Shown here: positions 1 through 7,078 of the stretch, one piece after another | Position numbering within the stretch: the first letter of the stretch is position 1 | How the letters are laid out: every line of letters starts with the position of its first letter | DNA from: an uncultured bacterium | Lineage (GTDB): Bacteria > Abyssobacteria > SURF-5 | Direction of reading: 5' to 3' | Length of the DNA: 16,014 nt | Assembly (NCBI GenBank): GCA_964510165.1 | Contig: CAZEBC010000086.1 | Coordinates: 1 to 16,014, forward strand | Program-made: the position numbers and the translations under genes | Notes under the pieces: generated by a model | The model's input: the letters and a program-made list of their open reading frames with translations, nothing else | Told to the model about the DNA's origin: nothing | Database searches by the model: none

Positions 1-163
1 CCGACATTGCCCTGCCAGAGTCGGGCCAAACCACTTTACAGCGCAACCGGCTCTTCAGCCGTTCTTCCACCTCCGATTCGATGAGCAGATCGTACGGAAC
101 GAAATCGGTTTCCTCGAAATTGAATGCGGCGGCAACCCGTTCTCGCGGGGTCATTCGACTCAT
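1..163 (-). CDS. N-terminal part of a uroporphyrinogen decarboxylase (URO-D)/MtaA-CmuA family protein; runs off the window edge
   Basis: Not in the ORF track. ATG at 163 has GGAG upstream. Manual translation MSRMTPRERVAAAFNFEETDFVPYDLLIESEVEERL... is open to position 1. MTxRERV..A..F.E.D.VP is the typical URO-D-family N-terminus. Confidence 0.7.
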   Translation of the reverse strand, partial: MSRMTPRERVAAAFNFEETDFVPYDLLIESEVEERLKSRLRCKVVWPDSGRAMS

Positions 164-238
164 GCGTTCTCCGGTTAAGATTCTCGGGAACATGCCCAGA
201 GGAACAATCTGCCGGCTCAGCGCATGTCGCCCGCGCGC

Positions 239-1033
239 CTATTTCCTTCCCTTTCCCGCCGACGATTTTCCGGACACAGCGCCTGACCTCTCGATTCGCC
301 GCTGAACTTTCTTCCACGAGTTTGTGATGAGGAAGCTCCAGTCCATATCCTCGACCATCTCACGGAACTTCTTCATAGGAGCGGCGAATGAAAGGATATT
401 TCCCTTCACGAATGGACGGGCCGAAACGTCGAACATGCCGATTGTCGCCCGGGGCGCCTCCTTCTCGCGCTCCGCAAGGGGATAACTGATGATACTGCCG
501 CAGCCGGAACAGAACGGCGCGATGACCGCCTGCGGGTCAACCGCCCCGAAGTTGGCGAGGGTGAAAAGGCCCGACAGTACGTCCGGCGGCGCGAAAAAGA
601 CTACGACTTCAGGCTCGTCTCCTTCTTCGATTCTGTCCCACCTCTTGAACACGATGTATTTGCCCTCGGCGGGCGGAACCGGCATGTCTTCAACGTATTG
701 GTCCACCAATTCGGGCGTCTTCTTGTAGCGCTCCCCCTCAAGTTCACCCTCGATGCCGCACGAAAGGAAAAACCGGAACTGAGGAATCGTCTCCGATGGA
801 AAACCTGAGTAGCGCACGCCTCCGAAGCAGCCGATGGTCTCCCGGGTAAAGGCGAGCGTCTGCCCCTTGCGCACGGAACCAAGCTGGCCTATCAGGCATA
901 CGTGTCCGTTAACCGGCTTCAGATTCTCGGAATAGCGGTCGGAATCTGAATAATACAACACAAATGGCAACTCCGCATTCTTGAAATACTGCTTCCACTT
1001 CGCAAGGAATTCCTGCTTGAGGTTCATGTCCAT
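239..1033 (-). CDS. DUF169 family protein (Cys-rich, function unknown)
   Basis: ORF 239..1144 trimmed to the ATG at 1033 (MDMNLKQEF), which follows a purine-rich AAAAAAGGGGG RBS. Motifs CLIG, GCFGG, FLSCG..GERYKKTPE, PEVVVFFA.PD.LSGL..LAN, PFCSGC and G.FDVSARP resemble DUF169 proteins. Confidence 0.75.
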   Translation of the reverse strand: MDMNLKQEFLAKWKQYFKNAELPFVLYYSDSDRYSENLKPVNGHVCLIGQLGSVRKGQTLAFTRETIGCFGGVRYSGFPSETIPQFRFFLSCGIEGELEGERYKKTPELVDQYVEDMPVPPAEGKYIVFKRWDRIEEGDEPEVVVFFAPPDVLSGLFTLANFGAVDPQAVIAPFCSGCGSIISYPLAEREKEAPRATIGMFDVSARPFVKGNILSFAAPMKKFREMVEDMDWSFLITNSWKKVQRRIERSGAVSGKSSAGKGRK

Positions 1034-1189
1034 GATGGTCCCCCTTTTTTCCCTAAATTGCGGGAGCAATGGCGAGACAATTATAATGCAAAAGCTGAAG
1101 AGCTGGCCACTGTTGAAAACTTCAAGATGCATCGCCGGGGGCAAAGGTCGGCGAAGAAAAGAAAGCGAACTCTTGACTCCGGCAAGAAA

Positions 1190-1236
1190 CGCTCGAAGTG
1201 AAGAGTTGAAAACGAACTCTTCACTTCCTGAGAGCG
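1190..1236. repeat. Inverted repeat / hairpin with a 13-bp perfect stem
   Basis: GAAGTGAAGAGTT (1195-1207), 7-nt loop, AACTCTTCACTTC (1215-1227). Extended by CGCTC/GAGCG across a 4-nt bulge. Confidence 0.8.
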
Positions 1237-1362
1237 ATATTTGAACGATCGGATGGGTGGAAGCTGCACTTCTTTGGAGTTGGAAAAAGGCAACATTTGG
1301 AAAGAATTCTCAGGTCTTATCCCTTCTCCTCATTTCGTTGGCTTGGTATCGCCGGATAGCTT

Positions 1363-1387
1363 GGAGTCCAGAGTTCAGGGTTCAGGG
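1363..1387 (+). repeat. Heptamer tandem array (RRRGTYY family)
   Basis: GGAGTCC AGAGTTC AGGGTTC AGGG. Confidence 0.65.
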
Positions 1388-1480
1388 CGTCGGACAACGG
1401 CAACTGAGGATTTCAACCACAAAGGTGCAAGGGCGCAAAGCCGGCCAAAGCGCAGAGACGCACAGAGGGGCATAAAGGAG

Positions 1481-1512
1481 AAAGGCCGCCTCGGGGGGAT
1501 GAGGCGGCCTTT
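1481..1512 (-). terminator. Rho-independent terminator of glnA (possibly bidirectional)
   Basis: 12-bp perfect stem AAAGGCCGCCTC / GAGGCGGCCTTT with an 8-nt loop, 17 nt past the glnA stop. The minus-strand tail reads TTTCTCCTTT. Confidence 0.75.
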
Positions 1513-1529
1513 GGGCACGGGTTCGGGTT

Positions 1530-2942
1530 TCACACGTCGTAGTAGAGGTAAAACTCGTAGGGATGCGGCCTGAGCCTGACGGCATCCACTTCGTTTTTCC
1601 GTTTGTATTCGATCCAGGTTCTGATGACGTCCTCGGTGAAGACATCCCCCTTGAAGAGGAATTCGCAGTCGTTCTCGAGGGCGTCGAGGGCTTTTTCGAG
1701 GGAGCCGGGCACGGACGGCACTTTTGCCAGTTCCTCGGGGGGCAGGTCGTAGATGTTCTTGTCGAGGGGTGAACCGGGGTCAATCTTATTCTGCACGCCG
1801 TCGAGTCCTGCCATCAGCATTGCGGCGAAGGCGAGGTACGGATTGCAGGAGGGGTCGGGCGGTCGGTACTCGATGCGCTTTTGTTTGGGGCTTGCGGAGT
1901 ACATGGGGATGCGGACTGCGGCGCTCCGGTTGCGGCTTGAGTAAGCGAGGTTGACGGGGGCCTCGTAGCCGGGAACCAGCCGTTTGAAGGAGTTGGTGGT
2001 CGGGCTGGTGATTGCGGTGAGCGCGGGCGCATGCTTGAGGAGTCCGCCTATGTAATAGAGCGCGAGGTCGGTGAGTCCTGCGTATTTGTTGCCCGCGAAG
2101 AGCGGTTTGCCATCCTTCCAGAGGCTCTGGTGGCAGTGCATGCCGCTTCCGTTGTCCGCAAAGATTGGTTTGGGCATGAAGGTGACAGTCTTGTTGTGTC
2201 GTCGGGCGACGTTCTTGGCGATGTATTTGAAGCGCATGAGCTTGTCGGCCATGCGGAGGAGCGAGTCGAAGCGGATATCGATTTCGGCCTGGCCGGCGGT
2301 GGCGACCTCGTGGTGCTGCGCCTCGATTTCCATGCCGCACTGCATCATGGTGAGGGCCATTTCAGCGCGGATGTCCTGCAGCGCATCGGTGGGCGGGACG
2401 GGGAAGTAGCCCTCTTTGTAGCGGGGCTTGTAGCCGAGGTTGGGTTTTTCCTCGCGACCGGAGTTCCAGGTGCCCTCGATGGAATCGATGAAGTAATAGC
2501 CGCAGTGCTGGTTCTGGTCGAAGCGGACATCGTCGAGGATGAAGAATTCGGCCTCTGGCCCGAAGAACGCGGTATCAGCAATACCGGTGGATTTGAGGTA
2601 GTTTTCGGCCTTTTGGGCGATGTAGCGGGGGCATCGGCTGTAGCGTTCGCGGGTAATGGGGTCGGCGATGTCGCACTGCAAGACGAGCGTGGGGGCCTGA
2701 AAGAACGGGTCGATGAAGGCGGTGTCGGGATCGGGGATGACGAGCATATCACTTTCGTGGATAGCCTGCCAGCCACGGATGCTGGAACCGTCGAACCCGA
2801 CGCCCTCCTCGAAGACATCCTCGGCCAGTTTGACAGCGGGGATGGAGAAGTGCTGCATCAGGCCTGGGAAATCCATGAAGCGCAAATCGATCATCTGGAC
2901 ATTGTTTTCCTTGACCATCTTCAATACGTCATGCGGGGTCAT
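1530..2942 (-). CDS. glnA: Glutamine synthetase type I (GSI-beta), 470 aa
   Basis: Start at ATG 2942 (MTPHDVLK) after GGAAGGAG. Motifs [43 protein letters not shown] and RIEYR.PDP are present. Adenylylation loop NIYDLP has its Tyr codon at 1749-1751. Confidence 0.98.
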   Translation of the reverse strand: MTPHDVLKMVKENNVQMIDLRFMDFPGLMQHFSIPAVKLAEDVFEEGVGFDGSSIRGWQAIHESDMLVIPDPDTAFIDPFFQAPTLVLQCDIADPITRERYSRCPRYIAQKAENYLKSTGIADTAFFGPEAEFFILDDVRFDQNQHCGYYFIDSIEGTWNSGREEKPNLGYKPRYKEGYFPVPPTDALQDIRAEMALTMMQCGMEIEAQHHEVATAGQAEIDIRFDSLLRMADKLMRFKYIAKNVARRHNKTVTFMPKPIFADNGSGMHCHQSLWKDGKPLFAGNKYAGLTDLALYYIGGLLKHAPALTAITSPTTNSFKRLVPGYEAPVNLAYSSRNRSAAVRIPMYSASPKQKRIEYRPPDPSCNPYLAFAAMLMAGLDGVQNKIDPGSPLDKNIYDLPPEELAKVPSVPGSLEKALDALENDCEFLFKGDVFTEDVIRTWIEYKRKNEVDAVRLRPHPYEFYLYYDV

Positions 2943-2969
2943 ATGGTTGTTGCTCCTTCCTGAGATTGC

Positions 2970-2995
2970 GGGCGGCCACATAGGGCCGCCCCTAC
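2970..2995 (-). repeat. GTAG-type REP palindrome (copy A)
   Basis: Minus strand GTAG-GGGCGGCC-ctatgt-GGCCGCCC. Confidence 0.75.
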
Positions 2996-3112
2996 AGCCC
3001 GAATTACGGGACGGTCTTAATTGATTGATCGTTGTTTCCGCCCGGTCACCAGCCAACGGTCGTCTCGCGCGATTTCGGGATTCCCCGGCATAACCGTTGG
3101 AGGCCCTGGCTT

Positions 3113-3135
3113 GGGCGCATGCCATGCGCCCCTGC
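3113..3135 (-). repeat. GTAG-type REP palindrome (copy B, GCAG variant)
   Basis: Minus strand GCAG-GGGCGCAT-ggc-ATGCGCCC. Confidence 0.7.
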
Positions 3136-3187
3136 ATTATTTCGCGCCCACCTCTTAAGTTGTCACTCAATTGGCGCGATTGCGCGC

Positions 3188-3211
3188 GGGCGCGATGACT
3201 CGCGCCCCTAC
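3188..3211 (-). repeat. GTAG-type REP palindrome (copy C)
   Basis: Minus strand GTAG-GGGCGCGA-gtca-TCGCGCCC. Confidence 0.75.
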
Positions 3212-3228
3212 GAGTGGGCAATTGAATA

Positions 3229-3576
<348 letters not shown>

Positions 3577-3728
3577 TCACTGTAGAGACTGTCCCGAGAC
3601 GCGCTCGTCCGGGGGCCTGGAGGTTCATTGCCGCCTCCGGGAACGCGGAGAGCAAGAAGGATACCATGTTTCGAGCGAGGCGCGCGCGGTGCCGCGCAAG
3701 CATCCGTTTTTTCCAGAAAACCCGGACA

Positions 3729-3758
3729 ATTCTATATGAAGGGACGGACGGTGTGCAA
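3729..3758 (-). promoter_or_regulatory. Candidate sigma70 promoter for glnB-glnA
   Basis: Minus strand TTGCAC (3758-3753), 18-nt spacer, TAGAAT (3734-3729). Confidence 0.45.
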
Positions 3759-3834
3759 GGGGGTTGGGGGTAGTGGCTGGATTGCGTAAATGCTGTTATT
3801 TGAGGCAAGTGCTTATATAATGGGCAAGGGAAAG

Positions 3835-3862
3835 CGGGTTTCGGGTTTCGAGTTTCGGGTTG
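3835..3862 (+). repeat. Heptamer tandem array (CGGGTTT variant)
   Basis: CGGGTTT CGGGTTT CGAGTTT CGGGTTG. Confidence 0.7.
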
Positions 3863-3884
3863 AACAACAAGATGGAAAGGGTTC

Positions 3885-3913
3885 ATCCACGAAGCGCACG
3901 AAGGCGCGCGAAG
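3885..3913 (+). repeat. CACGAAG-type triplet repeat
   Basis: ATC CACGAAG cg CACGAAG gcg CGCGAAG; same architecture as 7029-7057. Confidence 0.65.
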
Positions 3914-3928
3914 AGAAGCCAGAATTCG

Positions 3929-3957
3929 TTGACAGTCAATAGGGGCTGTGATAGAAT
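3929..3957 (+). promoter_or_regulatory. Near-consensus sigma70 promoter with extended -10
   Basis: TTGACA (3929-3934), 17-nt spacer, TAGAAT (3952-3957) preceded by TGn. Confidence 0.8.
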
Positions 3958-3998
3958 CGGGAAAAATGGAGGGGTCTGTCGAGTTTCGGGAGACGCGC

Positions 3999-4511
3999 GT
4001 GGAGATACAGATACAGAAGGAATCGTCGCAGTGCCTGGCGTGCAAAGAGCGGTTCAAACACGATGAGAGGCATCACTCGCTCTTGAAGATAGAGGGGAAC
4101 ATCTTCTTGAGGGAGGATTACTGCGAGGGGTGCTGGATTCGGGGCGCCGGCAGTCGGGGCGAGATATATTCGCATTGGCAGACGAGGTATCGGGACCCGG
4201 CGGTCGCCTCGGCCACGCCGAAGGAGCAGTTCCTGCCGTTACTGAACCTGTGCTACGAAGCGATAGCGCAGGGGGAGGCGGGGGCGGCGATGGCGTACAT
4301 GTGCGCGCTGATGTTGAGGCGTCAGAAGGTTTTCAAGCTGGTACGGGAGGAAAAGGAGAACGGGAGGAGTGTCCTGATTTTTTCGGACAGGCACAACGAC
4401 ACGCAGATACGGGTGTTGGACCCGGGACTATCGGAGTCGCAGTTTGAGGATGCGCGGCGCCGGCTGGAGGAAGTCATAGGTCCTTCGAAAGGGCAGGCTG
4501 ATGAACGATAA
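3999..4511 (+). CDS. Hypothetical protein with two CxxC pairs (putative Zn-binding), 170 aa
   Basis: GTG at 3999 with GGGAG 6 nt upstream; the ORF-track start at 3948 overlaps the -10 box. Motifs CLAC, REDYCEGCW, W.T and AL.L.R.K..K. Overlaps the next gene by 11 nt. Confidence 0.75.
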   Translation: MEIQIQKESSQCLACKERFKHDERHHSLLKIEGNIFLREDYCEGCWIRGAGSRGEIYSHWQTRYRDPAVASATPKEQFLPLLNLCYEAIAQGEAGAAMAYMCALMLRRQKVFKLVREEKENGRSVLIFSDRHNDTQIRVLDPGLSESQFEDARRRLEEVIGPSKGQADER

Positions 4512-5244
4512 GAGTTCGGCACAATCTCGACCGTATGTGTATGCGTTCAGTTCGGGCCGGTTAGTGACGCTTGTATGCATGTTGCTTGCGCTGATGGCGT
4601 TCAGCGTGATGCTGGGCATCAGGATCGAGCGGTTTCAACAGTCAGGGGAGATAACGGCGCACGTGATTCAGCCGAGCGTGCCGGCCCGGCCGGGGCCGGA
4701 TGTTCCGACAGCGCCGCAGGAGACGCCGCCGGTTGCACCAGCGGAGTCTCCCGCGGAGGAAGCGGCGGCCGTTGAGCCGGCAGAGCCGGAAGCGGTGGTT
4801 CCGTCTGAGCCGGCGAAGGCGGCGGTTCCTGTGCCGCAGCCCAAGCCTGCTCCCGCGCAGTCGCCCGTGGTTGAAAAGAAAGAAGTTGTTCAGAAGCCGA
4901 CTCCGGCGCCTGCGCCGAAGCCAGAAACGGCAAAGCCGCCCGTGGCGGAGAAGCCGAAGCCTCAGCCGGTGGAGCAGAAGCCGGCGCCGGTAGAGACGAA
5001 GCCGAGCGTAAAGTTTGCAGTGCAGGTTTCATCATCTCAGGACAAGGCACTGGCGACATCGCAGATTGATATTTTGAAGGGAAAGGGTTTTCCGGCCTAT
5101 CCGGAGGAGGTCGAGGTAAGTGGGAAGCGGTTCTATCGCGTGATGGTGGGGCCGTATCCGAGTGAGGAGGCAGCCAACGCGGTCCGCGGGCAGATCATAA
5201 AGGATTCAAGGTTCGCCAGTAGTTATGTGAGGCATGTGCAGTGA
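4501..5244 (+). CDS. SPOR-domain membrane protein (FtsN/DedD-like architecture)
   Basis: N-terminal TM helix (LVTLVCMLLALMAFSVMLGI), long Pro/Ala/Glu/Lys linker, C-terminal SPOR signature FAVQVSS...L..KGFPAY...YRVMVGPY.S.E.A. Confidence 0.88.
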   Translation: MNDKSSAQSRPYVYAFSSGRLVTLVCMLLALMAFSVMLGIRIERFQQSGEITAHVIQPSVPARPGPDVPTAPQETPPVAPAESPAEEAAAVEPAEPEAVVPSEPAKAAVPVPQPKPAPAQSPVVEKKEVVQKPTPAPAPKPETAKPPVAEKPKPQPVEQKPAPVETKPSVKFAVQVSSSQDKALATSQIDILKGKGFPAYPEEVEVSGKRFYRVMVGPYPSEEAANAVRGQIIKDSRFASSYVRHVQ

Positions 5245-5246
5245 TG

Positions 5247-5302
5247 GGGGTTCAGAGTTCAGGGTTTAGGGTTTAGGGTTCAAAGTTTGGGGTTCAGGGT
5301 TT
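5247..5302 (+). repeat. Heptamer tandem array, 8 in-phase units
   Basis: GGGGTTC AGAGTTC AGGGTTT AGGGTTT AGGGTTC AAAGTTT GGGGTTC AGGGTTT. Confidence 0.85.
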
Positions 5303-5304
5303 GA

Positions 5305-5337
5305 GCAGGCAGTCGGTGGACAGCCTGCCTTTTTATT
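5305..5337 (+). terminator. Rho-independent terminator after the SPOR gene
   Basis: GCAGGC-A-GTC ggtg GAC-A-GCCTGC hairpin followed by CTTTTTATT. Confidence 0.7.
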
Positions 5338-5364
5338 GAGAGATGTCGGGCGCTGGTTTATAAT
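5336..5364 (+). promoter_or_regulatory. sigma70 promoter for lnt-argS
   Basis: TTGAGA (5336-5341), 17-nt spacer, TATAAT (5359-5364). Confidence 0.7.
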
Positions 5365-5441
5365 GAAGTGATGGGTTTGAGAGAAACGGCGCGGCGTGTT
5401 GACCGGAATTCAGGAGCACAAGGAGACACGGAGGGGATTTG

Positions 5442-5474
5442 ACTGGGGACACGATGAGGCATCATCTCCCCAGT
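5442..5474. repeat. GGGGACAC-containing hairpin in the lnt leader
   Basis: ACTGGGGA-cac-GATGA ggca TCATC-TCCCCAGT. Confidence 0.6.
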
Positions 5475-5487
5475 TGAATGAGTCAGC

Positions 5488-7029
5488 ATGAGAGTACGGG
5501 ATTTGATAGCGCCGGTGGCATCGGCGGTGCTGCTGGCGGCGGCCTTTCCGAGCGCGGCATTGTGGCCACTCGCGTATGTCGGTCTTGTGCCGCTTCTGCT
5601 GTGGACGCAGGGGAAAAGCTACCGGCAGGCATTTCTGGGCGCGACGCTGGCAGGGCTGGTGTTCTATGGGGTCACGTTTTCCTGGTTTGCGTCACTGACG
5701 TACTGGGTGGGGAGCATCGTCCTGCTCGGTGTTGCCCTGCTGGTTGTGTTCTTTGCGCTGTTCTGGGGGGGTATCGCGGCTGGCAAGGTATTGTTTGAGC
5801 GGCGGATGCCAGCGCTTGTCTTCTTGGCCGTGCCTTCGATGTGGGTGGTGATGGAGTACATCCAGAACCACATATTCACAGGATTCGGCTGGGGCTCGGT
5901 CGGGTACACGCAGTGGAACAATCTGGCGGTGGCTCAGTTGGCGGCGGTCGGGTCGGTCTATGCGGCCAGTTTCTATGTGGTATTGATGAACGCGCTGCTG
6001 TACGAGCTTTTGCAGCGGGTCGGCGGCTCGCGCTGGGCGTGGGCGGCGGGCGCAGCCGTGCTCGTCCTCGCCGTAGCCGTTCCGCTCTGGGGAACGCTTC
6101 AGATGGAAGAGCCGGACATGTCGTCGTCGCTTCAGGTCGGGGTGATACAGCCGAATTTTTCGCTCGATGTGAAGTGGGGTTATGAGTATGCGGAACTCAT
6201 GTTCGAGATTCAGAGACGGCAGACCGACGAGGTGGCGTCGCGCGGGGCGGAACTTGTGGTGTGGCCGGAGAGCGCGTTGTATGGATATGCGGTTGACGAG
6301 ATTGACCGGCTGGGGAGCATCGTGCGCTCGAACGACGTGTATCTGCTCATGGGAAGCAACCATTATGAGGCGACCGGCCCGCGCATGGAGCACGAGTTCA
6401 GGTATTTCAACTCGGCGTTTCTGATATCGCCTGAGGGCAGGATATTGGGCAGGTACGACAAGCGGCATCTGGCGCCGTTCGGCGAATACGTGCCGCTGAG
6501 TGATGTCCTTGGGTTCGTGGGTAAGGTGGTTCCGCTGATCTCCGATTTTTCGGCGGGCAAGCGAATAACGGTATTCGAGATCGAAGGCGGGAAATTCGCG
6601 GTGCTGATCTGTTTCGAGAACAGCTTTCCGCATGTGGTGAGGGAATCGGGGAGGAAGGGAACGGATTTTCTGGTGCAATTGACCAACGACGGCTGGTTCG
6701 GGCACACGGTACAGCCGGAGCAGGACTTGGCGATTGCAGTGTTTCGGGCGATTGAGAACGGATGCACCCTGGTGAGGGGGACGAATACGGGGATATCGTG
6801 CTTCATCGACCCGTGGGGCCGAATCAGCGGGGTGGTGCAGTCGAGATATGGCGAAGAGGTGTTTGTGCGGGGAGAGTCGGTGGAGACGATATCGACCGTT
6901 GCGCACGGGACGTTCTATAAGGCGTATGGTGATGCGTGGGCGATCGGGTGTGCGGCTGTGACGGCGGTATTGCTCGGACTTTGTGTGTACGCGGGGAAAC
7001 GCAACAAGGAAGAAAACGGAAAAGATTGA
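5488..7029 (+). CDS. lnt: Apolipoprotein N-acyltransferase
   Basis: Multi-TM N-terminus with GFGWGSVGYTQ. Nitrilase-fold catalytic motifs VWPES (Glu), YDKRHLAPFGEYVP (Lys) and LICFE (Cys), plus TNDGWFG and RAIENG..LVR..NTGIS. Confidence 0.96.
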   Translation: MRVRDLIAPVASAVLLAAAFPSAALWPLAYVGLVPLLLWTQGKSYRQAFLGATLAGLVFYGVTFSWFASLTYWVGSIVLLGVALLVVFFALFWGGIAAGKVLFERRMPALVFLAVPSMWVVMEYIQNHIFTGFGWGSVGYTQWNNLAVAQLAAVGSVYAASFYVVLMNALLYELLQRVGGSRWAWAAGAAVLVLAVAVPLWGTLQMEEPDMSSSLQVGVIQPNFSLDVKWGYEYAELMFEIQRRQTDEVASRGAELVVWPESALYGYAVDEIDRLGSIVRSNDVYLLMGSNHYEATGPRMEHEFRYFNSAFLISPEGRILGRYDKRHLAPFGEYVPLSDVLGFVGKVVPLISDFSAGKRITVFEIEGGKFAVLICFENSFPHVVRESGRKGTDFLVQLTNDGWFGHTVQPEQDLAIAVFRAIENGCTLVRGTNTGISCFIDPWGRISGVVQSRYGEEVFVRGESVETISTVAHGTFYKAYGDAWAIGCAAVTAVLLGLCVYAGKRNKEENGKD

Positions 7030-7057
7030 TCCACGAAGGGCGCGAAGAAACACGAAA
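7029..7057 (+). repeat. CACGAAG-type triplet repeat
   Basis: ATC CACGAAG gg CGCGAAG aaa CACGAAA, beginning in the lnt stop codon. Confidence 0.65.
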
Positions 7058-7078
7058 GAAGCAGGTTGGATTATCTGA

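Noticed and set aside
981..1573. Small ORFs (71-110 aa) between DUF169 and glnA
   Set aside because: They have no convincing RBS or motifs, overlap each other, and run through repeats and the terminator.
2970..3211. CRISPR array formed by the three palindromes
   Set aside because: The repeats are not identical, the spacing is irregular (117 and 52 nt) and no cas genes are present.
2943..3221. 93-aa N-terminal extension of GlnA in the ORF track (563 aa)
   Set aside because: It is a read-through of REP-containing intergenic DNA. A strong RBS and ATG at 2942 give the canonical 470-aa enzyme.
3680..3694. sigma54-like site CGGCAC-N7-GC upstream of glnB (minus strand)
   Set aside because: GG-N10-GC spacing fits, but the conserved TT before GC is replaced by GC within a GC run, and I found no full NtrC box. 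Too weak to call.
4680..5000. Repetitive sequence inside the SPOR gene
   Set aside because: It is explained by the ordinary Pro/Ala/Glu/Lys-rich linker of SPOR proteins.
5247..5302. Eukaryotic telomere contamination
   Set aside because: The units are degenerate, embedded between intact bacterial genes and recur in several intergenic gaps.
5692..7053. Long antisense ORF (453 aa) and similar shadows opposite glnA, argS, aor and the acyl-CoA dehydrogenase
   Set aside because: They lie fully opposite well-supported genes, lack motifs, and are expected from high-GC codon bias.
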